Shown in pieces: positions 23,300 through 33,308 of a stretch of 57,670 nucleotides of DNA; positions within the stretch are counted from its first letter, which is position 1; each line of letters begins with the position of its first letter. The position numbers were made by a program, and so were the translations under genes. The notes beneath the pieces are model-generated. The model saw nothing but the letters and a program-made list of their open reading frames with translations, ran no database searches and was not told the DNA's origin. The stretch lies in IMG/VR virus record IMGVR_UViG_3300023109_001645; one strand, written 5' to 3'. This DNA comes from an uncultured virus (IMG/VR IMGVR_UViG_3300023109_001645). Lineage: Duplodnaviria; Heunggongvirae; Uroviricota; Caudoviricetes.

Positions 23300-24775
23300 A
23301 TGGCATATGCAATAGACAGATACAATAACACACTGTTAACAACAGTGGAAGATGGGACAGTTGATCAAACAACTGATCTTAAATTTATTGGTAAAAATTA
23401 CGCTGGATACGGCGAAATACAAAACGAAAACTTTTTGTTTTTGTTAGAAAACTTTAGCGGAGCAAATCAACCAAGCAGACCAATCAGTGGTCAAGTTTGG
23501 TTTGACAGCGGCACAAGCAAACTAAAATTTTATGACGGAACACAATGGCGTACAACAGGCGGCGCCGAAGTTGGATCAACTCAACCTACAGGATTAGCAA
23601 ATGGCGATTTTTGGTGGGACACTGGTAATGACCAATTGTATGTGTACAACGGCACAAATTTTGTACTTATAGGACCACAGAACGCAGGCGAAGGTGTAAC
23701 CCAAATGCAAAGCCTAGAAGTTCTTGATACTACAAGTGCTACGAGAGGCATAATTGCTGCTGTAATTGAAGATGAAACAATTTATGTTATAAGCCCAACA
23801 CAGTTTGATTTAAATGCAAGCCAAACAGCACTAAAAGCCCAAGGTTTTGATAGAATTGTTAAAGGTATTACACTAAGAAATACCAAACTAGCGACAGCTG
23901 GTGTTACTAGTGAAGCTGATAGATTTCACGGCACAGCTACAAACGCAGAAAAACTTGGCGGAATTTCTGCTGCTAATTATGTACAAACAGGAGCTGGTAA
24001 CACAGTATTTGCAAGTGCAGTTGAAACACCTGATAGTGGTTTATTGGTTGGCGACTCGCAAGATTTCCAATTTAAAATTGACTCCAACGGGTTTGATGGC
24101 GTAATACAAAATATTACCAACAATGGCACTATTAAATTAAAAGTTACTAGTGGAGCTGGTGTACTTACACATGTAGGTACAGTTACCGCAACTGGAGTTG
24201 TACCAGCAGCAGACAACACATTTACATTAGGTAGTCCTAGCTTAGGATGGTCAAATGTTTATGCTGCTAACTTTACAGGCGAAGCGTCTAAAGCTGCTAC
24301 ACTAAGAGTTGGCAGTGACTTCCGAAGTGCAAGTTCTAGCGCAACAAATAATACAGTGGCAGTTAGAGATGCTACAGGCAACATTGCTGCAAACTTATTC
24401 CAAGGTACTGCAACACAAGCACGTTATGCTGACTTAGCAGAAAAATATACAACAGCAGAAGAATTGCCAGCAGGCACAGCAGTTGCAGTTGGCGGCGATG
24501 CAGAAGTTAAACCAGCAAATGCAAGCAATCACTGTATTGGTGTTGTTTCAACTGATCCGGCATATATGATGAACAGCGAAGCAGAAGGACAATACATTGG
24601 TCTTAAAGGACGTTTGCCAGTAAGAGTAAAAGGTCCAGTTTCAAAAGGTCAAGCAGTATATGCATGGCAAGACGGCGTAAGTACAACTATTGCTTCAACA
24701 GCGATGGTAGGTATTGCACTTGAAAGTAACAGTGATGAGGGCGAAAAACTAGTAGAATGTGTACTAAAGGTATAA
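23300..24775 (+). CDS. Tail fibre/spike with C-terminal intramolecular-chaperone (peptidase G2-like autocleavage) domain
   Basis: Shared fibre N-terminus; C-terminal ARYADLAEKY...IGVVSTDP...GLKGRLPVRV motif. Confidence 0.75.
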   Translation: MAYAIDRYNNTLLTTVEDGTVDQTTDLKFIGKNYAGYGEIQNENFLFLLENFSGANQPSRPISGQVWFDSGTSKLKFYDGTQWRTTGGAEVGSTQPTGLANGDFWWDTGNDQLYVYNGTNFVLIGPQNAGEGVTQMQSLEVLDTTSATRGIIAAVIEDETIYVISPTQFDLNASQTALKAQGFDRIVKGITLRNTKLATAGVTSEADRFHGTATNAEKLGGISAANYVQTGAGNTVFASAVETPDSGLLVGDSQDFQFKIDSNGFDGVIQNITNNGTIKLKVTSGAGVLTHVGTVTATGVVPAADNTFTLGSPSLGWSNVYAANFTGEASKAATLRVGSDFRSASSSATNNTVAVRDATGNIAANLFQGTATQARYADLAEKYTTAEELPAGTAVAVGGDAEVKPANASNHCIGVVSTDPAYMMNSEAEGQYIGLKGRLPVRVKGPVSKGQAVYAWQDGVSTTIASTAMVGIALESNSDEGEKLVECVLKV

Positions 24776-24784
24776 GGAACCCCA

Positions 24785-25708
24785 ATGGCAGATATAACAG
24801 CAGCACGGATTAACAACTTACAATCAAGTATTGGTTTAATATTAGGTAATGGTTCGGGACAAAACGGATACGGTCAAACAGTTACAAGCATTCCAGTTAA
24901 CAACACAGGCGATGTAGTTGAAGCAGCTGACATGAATGCTATCTATACTGATATACTTAATGCTAGAATACACCAAGTCGGCCCAACAGACGGCGGCGTT
25001 GCACAAGTTATACAAAATTTAAATATAGTTGCTGAAAATACTAGTAACTTTATAAATGATTCGGGTGTAACAACTACAGATCCAGATGGGTTTAAGAAAG
25101 GAATAATAGACTTTGAAAATCTTATGACCCAAGTACAAACTGATAAAGCACTTATGCATCCTTCACAAGCTTCGCTTGAGTCTGCAATTGCTAGTACACG
25201 AAGTACCACATGGAACGGTTTAATTTATCATGAAGTACAGGTTACTTTTAGTTCATCAGATTCGCGCAGATTCTTTTTTAATACAGGCGGCGAAATCAGA
25301 ATAAGCGCAAATAATACAGCAGCATCTACACCAAAAGGTTTAGATTGGAATCAGTTGTGTTCACAAGTAGGTACACTTAAATTTGGTTCAAATACAACTA
25401 CATCAACCAATGGTGGCGGCACTTCTATCGGTAACTATAATTTAACAAGTGCATTCCAAGACATTTACACAAAAATAGGTAGCGGAACATACAGTGCAGT
25501 TTATGCAGGCAACATTTATACTGTTAAAGCACGATCAGATATTGACACTCGTATTATTTTTAGAATTGAATTCAATGACGTTGTAGTTGATAATAATATT
25601 GACAATAATGTTGACGGTAGATTAGAAAGTGCAATACAACATTATCGTGCATCAGGAGATGTAACAGTTCCTGCTCCGTCATATTTTAACAGTCAAACGT
25701 TGGCATAA
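24785..25708 (+). CDS. Virion structural protein (paralog 1)
   Basis: T/S/N/G-rich; RRFFFNTGGEIRIS and IGNYNL motifs shared with the next gene; AAGGA RBS. Confidence 0.65.
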   Translation: MADITAARINNLQSSIGLILGNGSGQNGYGQTVTSIPVNNTGDVVEAADMNAIYTDILNARIHQVGPTDGGVAQVIQNLNIVAENTSNFINDSGVTTTDPDGFKKGIIDFENLMTQVQTDKALMHPSQASLESAIASTRSTTWNGLIYHEVQVTFSSSDSRRFFFNTGGEIRISANNTAASTPKGLDWNQLCSQVGTLKFGSNTTTSTNGGGTSIGNYNLTSAFQDIYTKIGSGTYSAVYAGNIYTVKARSDIDTRIIFRIEFNDVVVDNNIDNNVDGRLESAIQHYRASGDVTVPAPSYFNSQTLA

Positions 25709-25738
25709 TCAAACATAAAATGTTGTATTTGTTTTTAA

Positions 25739-25745
25739 ATAAATA
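25739..25745 (+). promoter_or_regulatory. T4-like late promoter box (ATAAATA)
   Basis: Intergenic ATAAATA 26 nt upstream of the ATG at 25772. Confidence 0.6.
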
Positions 25746-25771
25746 CATAGACAACAAAAAGAGATTGATAA

Positions 25772-26770
25772 ATGCCAACAACAATACTAGCCAGTAGATA
25801 TAACGATCTTAGAAATGATGTAAATCTTGTACTGAGTCAATCAGGTGCATCTACTCCTACATTCGGTTATGGCGAATCGACTACTACAAATAATGTAGCT
25901 GGAACACGTACTGTTTCTCCACCATCTAATGCAGATAAAGTTACTGCGCAAAATTATGAAGATTTATATATTGACGTTATAAGATGTAGAGCGCACCAAA
26001 TTGGCGCTACGAACGTAACTATAGATGATTTTGTAATTGGAGATTATGATAGTAATCCGGCAACAGCTGATATAATCGAAGAAGCGTATATCTCAGGTTT
26101 AGAAACGCTAGCAACAGACGTTCAAACTGACAGATTTTTAGTAGATTCTAGCAATTTACGTTTAACAAATGTTCCTTCGGCAAATAGCACACGCTCAGCA
26201 GCTGGAAATATTGCTTGGAATGGTATACTCATTCATATTTTTACAATGACGTTTTCCAATGAAGTAGAACGACGACACTTTTTTAATGCTGGCGGACAAA
26301 TTAGACTCAGCGCATCAGTAGATTATACTGGAAGTCAAGCTAAAACAGTTGATTGGCAAAGTATCTTAAATGATATGGGAACTATTAGTTTTAAGGCTAA
26401 TGAAACTATTAATAATGCAAGTCCTGTAGTTGGTACAGGATCTAGTATAGGCAATTATGATCTTAATAGTGGTTATCAATTAATTTATTCTAGAACCGGC
26501 GGAGCAGCATATGCCCGTAACGAATATCGAATATACGCCCAAAATTCTGCAACAACAGACGGAACTTCTCAAATAAAATTTAAAGTAGAATTTGCTGATG
26601 GTCAGCCAAATGATCCTAGTTACGGAGTAGACGAAGTTGTTTTTGGTACATTTAATAGTACAGTCCAAACAGCAACACCTGACGGTGAAGTTATTATTGC
26701 CGGAACAACATATGCAACAGTGCTTATAGAAGACGATCCAGTCGGCGCAATTATAAGAGCCCTTTCTTAA
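25772..26770 (+). CDS. Virion structural protein (paralog 2)
   Basis: RRHFFNAGGQIRLS and IGNYDL motifs; alignable with 24785-25708. Confidence 0.65.
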   Translation: MPTTILASRYNDLRNDVNLVLSQSGASTPTFGYGESTTTNNVAGTRTVSPPSNADKVTAQNYEDLYIDVIRCRAHQIGATNVTIDDFVIGDYDSNPATADIIEEAYISGLETLATDVQTDRFLVDSSNLRLTNVPSANSTRSAAGNIAWNGILIHIFTMTFSNEVERRHFFNAGGQIRLSASVDYTGSQAKTVDWQSILNDMGTISFKANETINNASPVVGTGSSIGNYDLNSGYQLIYSRTGGAAYARNEYRIYAQNSATTDGTSQIKFKVEFADGQPNDPSYGVDEVVFGTFNSTVQTATPDGEVIIAGTTYATVLIEDDPVGAIIRALS

Positions 26771-26781
26771 CCAGGCTCTGC

Positions 26782-26810
26782 TTGACAAAACACAAAATCT
26801 AATATATACT
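26782..26810 (+). promoter_or_regulatory. Sigma70-type promoter
   Basis: TTGACA (26782-87), 17-nt spacer, TATACT (26805-10), then AGGAG RBS (26825-29) and ATG at 26837. Confidence 0.85.
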
Positions 26811-26836
26811 AGTAGTAATAAACTAGGAGTTTAACT

Positions 26837-27187
26837 ATGGATGAACGTTTAGAAAAAGCACTAGATTTTTCAAACTACATGCTAACACTTAACAATCAAA
26901 AACGATTGTTAGCAGAAGCTTATCAAGAATCACTGATTCATTTTTATAATGGATCACAATTTACTATCACTAGAGAATTAATTACATTTGTAAGCACAAT
27001 GGTTTCTGTTGAACAAGACGAAGTTGTTATTACCGATGACAATAATATTCCTTGTATGGTAGAAAGCCTAGAAACTTTTTACAGTGAAATTATGAACAAG
27101 TATGCTACAGCGTCCAATGACTATCATACAGCATACCTAAAACTAAAAACTAATCGAAGTGTAGAAAAATTAGTTGACTATGAGTAA
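26837..27187 (+). CDS. Hypothetical protein (possibly fibre-assembly chaperone-like)
   Basis: 116-aa ORF with a strong RBS and promoter. The function is a guess from position and size. Confidence 0.6.
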   Translation: MDERLEKALDFSNYMLTLNNQKRLLAEAYQESLIHFYNGSQFTITRELITFVSTMVSVEQDEVVITDDNNIPCMVESLETFYSEIMNKYATASNDYHTAYLKLKTNRSVEKLVDYE

Positions 27188-28031
27188 AGGCGTATTTTTA
27201 ATTGCACGTAATAATATACACATCGATTATGTTAAACAATCGGTTTTTCTTGCCAAACGAATAAAACAATACCTAGAATTACCAGTAACAATTGCTACTG
27301 ACAGCGTAGACTATTTAGAATCAGCATTTGGCACAGATGACTTTGATAAAGTTATTGGATTAGAACATGTAGAAGAATCCAATAGCCGATATTTTTTCGA
27401 CGGCACTTTGTCTAAAAAAACAGCCAGTTTTAAAAATGCTAATCGTGCCAGTGTTTATGACCTTAGTCCATATGACGAAACACTACTAATGGACACAGAT
27501 TATATTGTTTCTAATAGTTTGTTAAAGTCTGCGTTTACATCAACTGCTGATTTTTTAATTTATAAAAAATCTAATGACGTTGCTAAAGTACGTGACGAAA
27601 GTGAATTTAGCAAAATTAGTGATACTAGTATTGATTTTTATTGGGCAACTGTTGTATTTTTTAGAAAAACAGCAACTAATAAAATATTTTTCGATCTTAT
27701 AAAACACATAGAAGAAGAATACAATCATTATAGACGAGTATATCAAATAACTTCGCCTTTGTTTAGAAATGATTTTGCGTTTAGTATTGCTATACATATT
27801 ATGAATGGATTTCAATCTGGCGACTTTGCACAACAATTACCTGGAAGTATGCTGTATACTACTGATAAAGATATCTTATGGCAACTTAACAACGATAAAA
27901 TGATGTTCTTAGTACAAAAGAAAGATTACTTAGGTGAGTATACTGCAATAAAAACTTTAGGACAAAATATTCATGTAATGAACAAAATTAGTCTTAATAG
28001 AATTATTGATAAGGAGTTTGCTAATGTCTAA
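27180..28031 (+). CDS. GT-A fold glycosyltransferase (GT8-like)
   Basis: LSPYDETLLMDTDY DxD motif and a C-terminal His motif. The ATG at 27180 is preferred over the track's TTG at 27174. Confidence 0.75.
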   Translation: MSKGVFLIARNNIHIDYVKQSVFLAKRIKQYLELPVTIATDSVDYLESAFGTDDFDKVIGLEHVEESNSRYFFDGTLSKKTASFKNANRASVYDLSPYDETLLMDTDYIVSNSLLKSAFTSTADFLIYKKSNDVAKVRDESEFSKISDTSIDFYWATVVFFRKTATNKIFFDLIKHIEEEYNHYRRVYQITSPLFRNDFAFSIAIHIMNGFQSGDFAQQLPGSMLYTTDKDILWQLNNDKMMFLVQKKDYLGEYTAIKTLGQNIHVMNKISLNRIIDKEFANV

Positions 28032-28866
28032 AGGCATAGTAGTTCTTGCACAAAATAATACCAATGACGATTATGTATTACAAGCCTGTTTATTGGCAAT
28101 GAGTTTACAAACTTATAACGATACAAAAATTAGTTTAATCACAAACGATACAGTGCCTAATAATTATATTTCATTATTTGATAAAATTATTCCTATACCG
28201 TTTAACGACTCTGCAGATAAAAGCGAATGGAAAATTGAAAATCGTTGGAAAATATATCACGCCAGTCCATATGATGAAACTATTGTAATGGATACAGACA
28301 TGTTGGTATTACAAAATATTGACATTTGGTGGAAATTTTTATCTAATTATGAAATGTTTTTTGTTAATAGAGTATTAAATTATCGAGGAGAAATTGCAAA
28401 TACTAGTTATTATAGAAAAACATTTATAAAAAATAATCTTCCTAATTTATTTAGCGGCTTTCATTATTTTAAAAAATGTGTGTTTGCACAGGAATTTTAT
28501 CAATGGTTAGAGTTGGTTGTAAACAATTGGCAAGCATTTTATGAACAACATTTAGAGCCTAGTACTCGTCCTAAACATATGAGCATGGATGTGTGTGCTT
28601 CTATTGTAACACGTATATTAGATTGTGAAGATAAAATTACAAATAATCATGTAAAGTTTCCAAGTTTTACTCATATGAAGACACGTTGTCAAGATTGGTC
28701 AGAAATACCTACCAGCTGGCAGGATCAAATGGGTGTTTATGTTAGTAAAGATGGAAGTATCAAGATTGGAAATTATGCACAAACTGGAATACTACATTAT
28801 ACTGAAAAAGATTTCTTAGAAAAATCTCCTGCATTTGAACGATATAGGAGTTTAGCAAATGTCTAA
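28024..28866 (+). CDS. GT-A fold glycosyltransferase (tandem paralog)
   Basis: ASPYDETIVMDTDM DxD motif and ILHY motif; AAGGAG at 28011-16 supports the ATG at 28024. Confidence 0.75.
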   Translation: MSKGIVVLAQNNTNDDYVLQACLLAMSLQTYNDTKISLITNDTVPNNYISLFDKIIPIPFNDSADKSEWKIENRWKIYHASPYDETIVMDTDMLVLQNIDIWWKFLSNYEMFFVNRVLNYRGEIANTSYYRKTFIKNNLPNLFSGFHYFKKCVFAQEFYQWLELVVNNWQAFYEQHLEPSTRPKHMSMDVCASIVTRILDCEDKITNNHVKFPSFTHMKTRCQDWSEIPTSWQDQMGVYVSKDGSIKIGNYAQTGILHYTEKDFLEKSPAFERYRSLANV

Positions 28867-30244
28867 TTTACAAGATTTAATTAAAAAAATACAAGTAAGT
28901 AGTGTAAATAATGAATCTTACATTTACTATAATAAAGACAGTGGTGTAATACATCAAATCAGCGGGAAAAATAATCTTAGCAACGACTATGCTATTATGC
29001 CGGTACCGTCTGAAGAAGTAGAAGAGCTTCTTACAGGGCAGCGTCGAATTGAAGATTATGTCGTAACATATGATTTAAGTCTTAAAGAAATTAGACTCAA
29101 AGAAGTTGAGTACGAAGACAATCATAAAACTGCATCTACGATGTCTTATCAGTTGCCTTTGATTAAGCAGGTGTTTTCTGATGGACATTTGTCTCTCGAA
29201 AAGGTATACCAAGATACATATGTATTCTTATGGACCAAAGGAAACGTTTATAATAAAGGACAGTGTGTTTGGTATAAAAATAATATATACAAATTATCAA
29301 CAGATTTGACAGTAGACGACGATTTTGATATAAAAGCACACACACTATTTTTAGAAAAAGTTATAATAACTACACTAGCAACTCAAGCACGTACCACAGA
29401 AAAAATAGAGTTACAGCCAGAATACGTAGGTGTACATATTGATGTATGGTATGATAAATTATCTCATTTAGCTGGGCAACACGTATATGCACAAGGTAAT
29501 GTTTGGAAATTATTAAAAGATACTGAAGAAGGTAGTGCCTTTGATAAAGCCAATGCAGAACTTCTTGTTGAAAATGTAAAATTATATGCAGATGAAAATA
29601 AAGCATTAGATACAGTTAAGTCTGTTAAAGCTGGTGACATGCTTTTAGATAATAATAATCTTTACCGTAGTATTTACAATATCAACATTACAAAAGAAGA
29701 TGTTAATAAAGATAAAGATAGTATCTTTTTTTATAACACGCCACACACGCTTTTACATTATAAAGATAAAAAATGTTATCAGGTTAATATAATAAACACT
29801 GAAGACGACAAAGTAATTACAAAAGATATAAAATTAAAACTAAGAGCAATTCATAATTTAAAAAAAGGACAATTAATATTAAGTGGCAAAGAATTATATC
29901 AAGTATGTGTAAACAAACAATACGATATTGTTCTACAACAAGATACACTTAACCATTCGTGGAATGTAATTATTAATCCTTACACTAAAAAGTTTTTACT
30001 TGCTGCTAAACATTGGGACCACTCATCTGAAGTATTACACCTTAGCGTTACTTCAAAATATGATCCAAATATTTTATACAGAAGTTTAGAATTTAATATT
30101 GGTGATTTACTAGACGAGCGTACATCAGTAATTCCATTCATTTATGATATTGAATTGTCCGAAGAAGACGTAAGTATATACACAGCAAAGTATTTTGATA
30201 GTTACGCACATGAGGTTATTAAATGGCAAAATTCAAACCTATAG
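28859..30244 (+). CDS. Hypothetical protein with degenerate CBM5/12-like repeats
   Basis: Internal repeats WTKGNVYNKGQCVWYKNNIYKL and WYDKLSHLAGQHVYAQGNVWKL. Confidence 0.55.
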   Translation: MSNLQDLIKKIQVSSVNNESYIYYNKDSGVIHQISGKNNLSNDYAIMPVPSEEVEELLTGQRRIEDYVVTYDLSLKEIRLKEVEYEDNHKTASTMSYQLPLIKQVFSDGHLSLEKVYQDTYVFLWTKGNVYNKGQCVWYKNNIYKLSTDLTVDDDFDIKAHTLFLEKVIITTLATQARTTEKIELQPEYVGVHIDVWYDKLSHLAGQHVYAQGNVWKLLKDTEEGSAFDKANAELLVENVKLYADENKALDTVKSVKAGDMLLDNNNLYRSIYNINITKEDVNKDKDSIFFYNTPHTLLHYKDKKCYQVNIINTEDDKVITKDIKLKLRAIHNLKKGQLILSGKELYQVCVNKQYDIVLQQDTLNHSWNVIINPYTKKFLLAAKHWDHSSEVLHLSVTSKYDPNILYRSLEFNIGDLLDERTSVIPFIYDIELSEEDVSIYTAKYFDSYAHEVIKWQNSNL

Positions 30245-31146
30245 ATTACGATATAATCTATTTGTCTTATGACGAACCAAACGCAGAAAAAAATTATGCA
30301 GATTTGTGTTCAAAAGTACCGTGGGCAAAACGTGTGCATGGCGTTGACGGCAGTGATGCTGCACACAAAGCCTGTGCAGAATTAAGTGAAACTGATCGTT
30401 TTATTACAGTAGATGGTGACAATCGCATACGAGAAGACTTCCTCAACCAAGAAATAGATTTTGACGAACATGCAGATTTACAAAGCACAGTAATTAGCTG
30501 GTGTGGACGCAATGAAATAAACGGACTAATGTATGGCAATGGCGGACTTAAATGTTGGCCCAAACAATATGTTCTAAACATGCGTACACATGAAAATGCA
30601 GATCCTAATAATGCCCACGCACAAGTAGACTTTTGCTGGGATGCAAAATATATTCAAATGAACAGTTGTTACTCTGATGTGTACAACAACGAAACACCTG
30701 GTCAAGCATGGAGAGCAGGCTTTAGAGAAGGTGTAAAACTTGCTACTGATCGCGGAGTAAGAATTGAAAAAGAAGAATTTAAAAACAATCATTGGCGCTG
30801 CTTACATTGGTTATACATCTGGAGCATGATAGGTGCAGATGTAGACAATGGAAAATGGGCAATTTACGGAGCTCGAGAAGGCTTGTATAAAACAATGTGT
30901 ACTGACTGGGATTATGTTCAAGTAAGAGATTTTAAATATCTAAACAGTCTTTGGGCTCAAGTTGAACCAAAGGTATCAATGGATGGACTACAAGACTCTA
31001 TTGAAGATTTGGGCGATAAGATTCTAACTGAATTAGATATACCAATTTCTCCTAAGCCATTAGATGCACAACAAAGCAAATTTTTTAAAGCAGTATATCA
31101 GCATCCCTCAAGAACCGACAATCAAAGGTTTATAGAAAAACTATGA
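30223..31146 (+). CDS. GT-A-like glycosyltransferase
   Basis: DIIYLSYDEP...AHKACA...FITVDGDN (DxD); paralog of 40263. Confidence 0.65.
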   Translation: MAKFKPIDYDIIYLSYDEPNAEKNYADLCSKVPWAKRVHGVDGSDAAHKACAELSETDRFITVDGDNRIREDFLNQEIDFDEHADLQSTVISWCGRNEINGLMYGNGGLKCWPKQYVLNMRTHENADPNNAHAQVDFCWDAKYIQMNSCYSDVYNNETPGQAWRAGFREGVKLATDRGVRIEKEEFKNNHWRCLHWLYIWSMIGADVDNGKWAIYGAREGLYKTMCTDWDYVQVRDFKYLNSLWAQVEPKVSMDGLQDSIEDLGDKILTELDIPISPKPLDAQQSKFFKAVYQHPSRTDNQRFIEKL

Positions 31147-32543
31147 GTAACGAAACTGACAGAATAAAACAAACCAAAGAGATTACAAATAAAATTAGTC
31201 CTACTTTTTGTTTGGCAAAATGGCATCATACTACAATTTATTTGCACACGGGCGATACTCACAGTTGTTATCATCCATCGCCACATCACATACCTCTTGA
31301 AGAGATTGCAAAAGATCCGTCAGCATTGCACAATACAATCGAAAAGAAAAAAGAACGGGCATTAATGCTAATAGGCGAAAAACCCAAAGGCTGTCAGTAC
31401 TGTTGGAATGTTGAAGGGTTAAGTGATACACACATTAGTGACAGACATGAACGAAATGCAGGCATTTATAATCAGCATAGACTAGAAGAAATTGTTAATA
31501 GTCCGTGGGACTTTAATATTAATCCTGAGTATATTGAATTAGCATTTAGTAACGAATGTAATTTTAAGTGCGGATACTGTCATCCTATGGCTAGTAGTTC
31601 ATATGATGCAGAGATAAAAAAGCATGGACCTATGCCTGTTAAAAATCACACTCTAAATGTTGATTGGTTCAAACCTTATGCTGAAGATGAAAATCCTTAT
31701 ATAAAAGCGTGGTGGAAATGGTGGCCAGAAGTTAGCAAGACACTAAACATTTTACGTCTTACAGGCGGCGAGCCATTAATGCATAAAAGTACTTGGAGAC
31801 TGTTTGACCTTTTACAAGAAGAAGCAAAGCCCAATTTAGAATTAAATCTAAACAGCAATCTAGGAGTTAAGCCGGCACTTGTAAAAAAACTAGCAACAAA
31901 TGTTAAAGACTTGGTAGAGAATAAAAAGATTAAAAACTTCAAATTATTTTCAAGCCTGGATTCTTGGGGCAAAAAAGCAGAATATATTCGCACTGGATTG
32001 AAAACTGAGCTGTGGGAACAAAACTTAGAAACTTATATAGCAACTACAAATGCTCCAGTTAGTATCATGTGTACGTTTAATATTTTAAGTGTAACTTCGT
32101 TTACAGACTTCTTGCAAAAGATTTTAGAATGGCGAGCAAAATATCAACCTACAATGAACCCTGGTGGATACGGCAGGCGCATTAGGTTTGATACGCCTTA
32201 TTTAAAAGAGCCGTTACAATACGATATGATGATTTTACCCAAAGAAGAATTTTTACCGCACTTTGATAAAATATTAGATTTTATTAATGATAACAAAGAT
32301 GATTATGATGCTACTAAATTTACAGAACTAGAGTATCAAAAGTTTCGACGTGTACGTGATTACTTTGCTACATCTAACTACGATGAAAAAAGAGTTGAAG
32401 AAGGGCGTGTAGATTTTTACAATTGGTTTAATGAATATGACCGTAGACGTAATGTAAACTTTTTAGAAACATTTCCTGAAATGGAAAACTTTTATAATCA
32501 TTGTAAAGAATTAAGCGAAAATGACAACAATGTGCAAGAATAA
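31143..32543 (+). CDS. Radical SAM protein with N-terminal twitch domain
   Basis: CNFKCGYC and GGEPL motifs; N-terminal CLAKW...GDTHSCYH...CQYC. Confidence 0.9.
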   Translation: MSNETDRIKQTKEITNKISPTFCLAKWHHTTIYLHTGDTHSCYHPSPHHIPLEEIAKDPSALHNTIEKKKERALMLIGEKPKGCQYCWNVEGLSDTHISDRHERNAGIYNQHRLEEIVNSPWDFNINPEYIELAFSNECNFKCGYCHPMASSSYDAEIKKHGPMPVKNHTLNVDWFKPYAEDENPYIKAWWKWWPEVSKTLNILRLTGGEPLMHKSTWRLFDLLQEEAKPNLELNLNSNLGVKPALVKKLATNVKDLVENKKIKNFKLFSSLDSWGKKAEYIRTGLKTELWEQNLETYIATTNAPVSIMCTFNILSVTSFTDFLQKILEWRAKYQPTMNPGGYGRRIRFDTPYLKEPLQYDMMILPKEEFLPHFDKILDFINDNKDDYDATKFTELEYQKFRRVRDYFATSNYDEKRVEEGRVDFYNWFNEYDRRRNVNFLETFPEMENFYNHCKELSENDNNVQE

Positions 32544-32546
32544 ATA
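32540..32546 (+). promoter_or_regulatory. T4-like late promoter box (ATAAATA)
   Basis: Overlaps the radical SAM stop codon in one of the few gaps in the cluster, upstream of 32574. Confidence 0.55.
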
Positions 32547-32573
32547 CTACTATAATGATTTGAAAGGGTTATA

Positions 32574-33308
32574 ATGGACCAAATGACAGACGTATTCAAT
32601 AGGGATATTTTTAAAGATGCTACGGAATTTAACCTATCTAAACCGATACCTATGGGTGTTATAGACGAGTTTCTTCCTAAAAGTATTGCATTAAGTATGC
32701 ATGAAGAAAGTCAAATTATTCCGCAAGAACACTGGAAAACCTTCACAAGAAACGGTAGTCATATGATGGAATTAAATAAAATGGAGTTAACACCTGTTGC
32801 ATTTAATACTCTCAACTATTTGCATAGTTCTAAATTTTTAGAATTGTTATCAAAATATACAGGAATTACAGGTTTAATTCCTGATCCACACCTAGTCGGT
32901 GCTGGATATAGCAAAAGTTTTAACGGTGATATACTAAATGTTCATACTGATTTCAATTGGAACGAGCAGTTGCAGTTACACAGAGCGTTGACTCTTACAA
33001 TATACCTAACTCCAGATTGGAACGAAGCCTGGAATGGTGCATTGGATTTTTATGATTCTAAAAAAGAAAATATTGTAACTACAGTAGATTCTTTGTTTAA
33101 CCGTTGCCTTATTTGGAAATACGATAGATTTGGATACCATGGGTATTCTAATCCAATTGAGTGCCCAGATGATAAAAACAGAACAACATTCAGAGCATTT
33201 TATTATACCAGTAATAGTACACATTTACCAGACGATCCGCCGCATAGAAGTTTATATTGGGTCGACAAAATAACAAATATGCCATGCGACAAGAGAACAC
33301 AACAATGA
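32574..33308 (+). CDS. 2OG-Fe(II) oxygenase (prolyl-hydroxylase-like)
   Basis: HTD...YLTPDW..WNGAL...YHG...R facial-triad pattern. Confidence 0.85.
   Translation: MDQMTDVFNRDIFKDATEFNLSKPIPMGVIDEFLPKSIALSMHEESQIIPQEHWKTFTRNGSHMMELNKMELTPVAFNTLNYLHSSKFLELLSKYTGITGLIPDPHLVGAGYSKSFNGDILNVHTDFNWNEQLQLHRALTLTIYLTPDWNEAWNGALDFYDSKKENIVTTVDSLFNRCLIWKYDRFGYHGYSNPIECPDDKNRTTFRAFYYTSNSTHLPDDPPHRSLYWVDKITNMPCDKRTQQ

Noticed and set aside
25724..25747. Imperfect inverted repeat TGTATTT...AAATACA overlapping the late box
   Set aside because: An almost all-AT weak stem with no U-tract; not supportable as a terminator.
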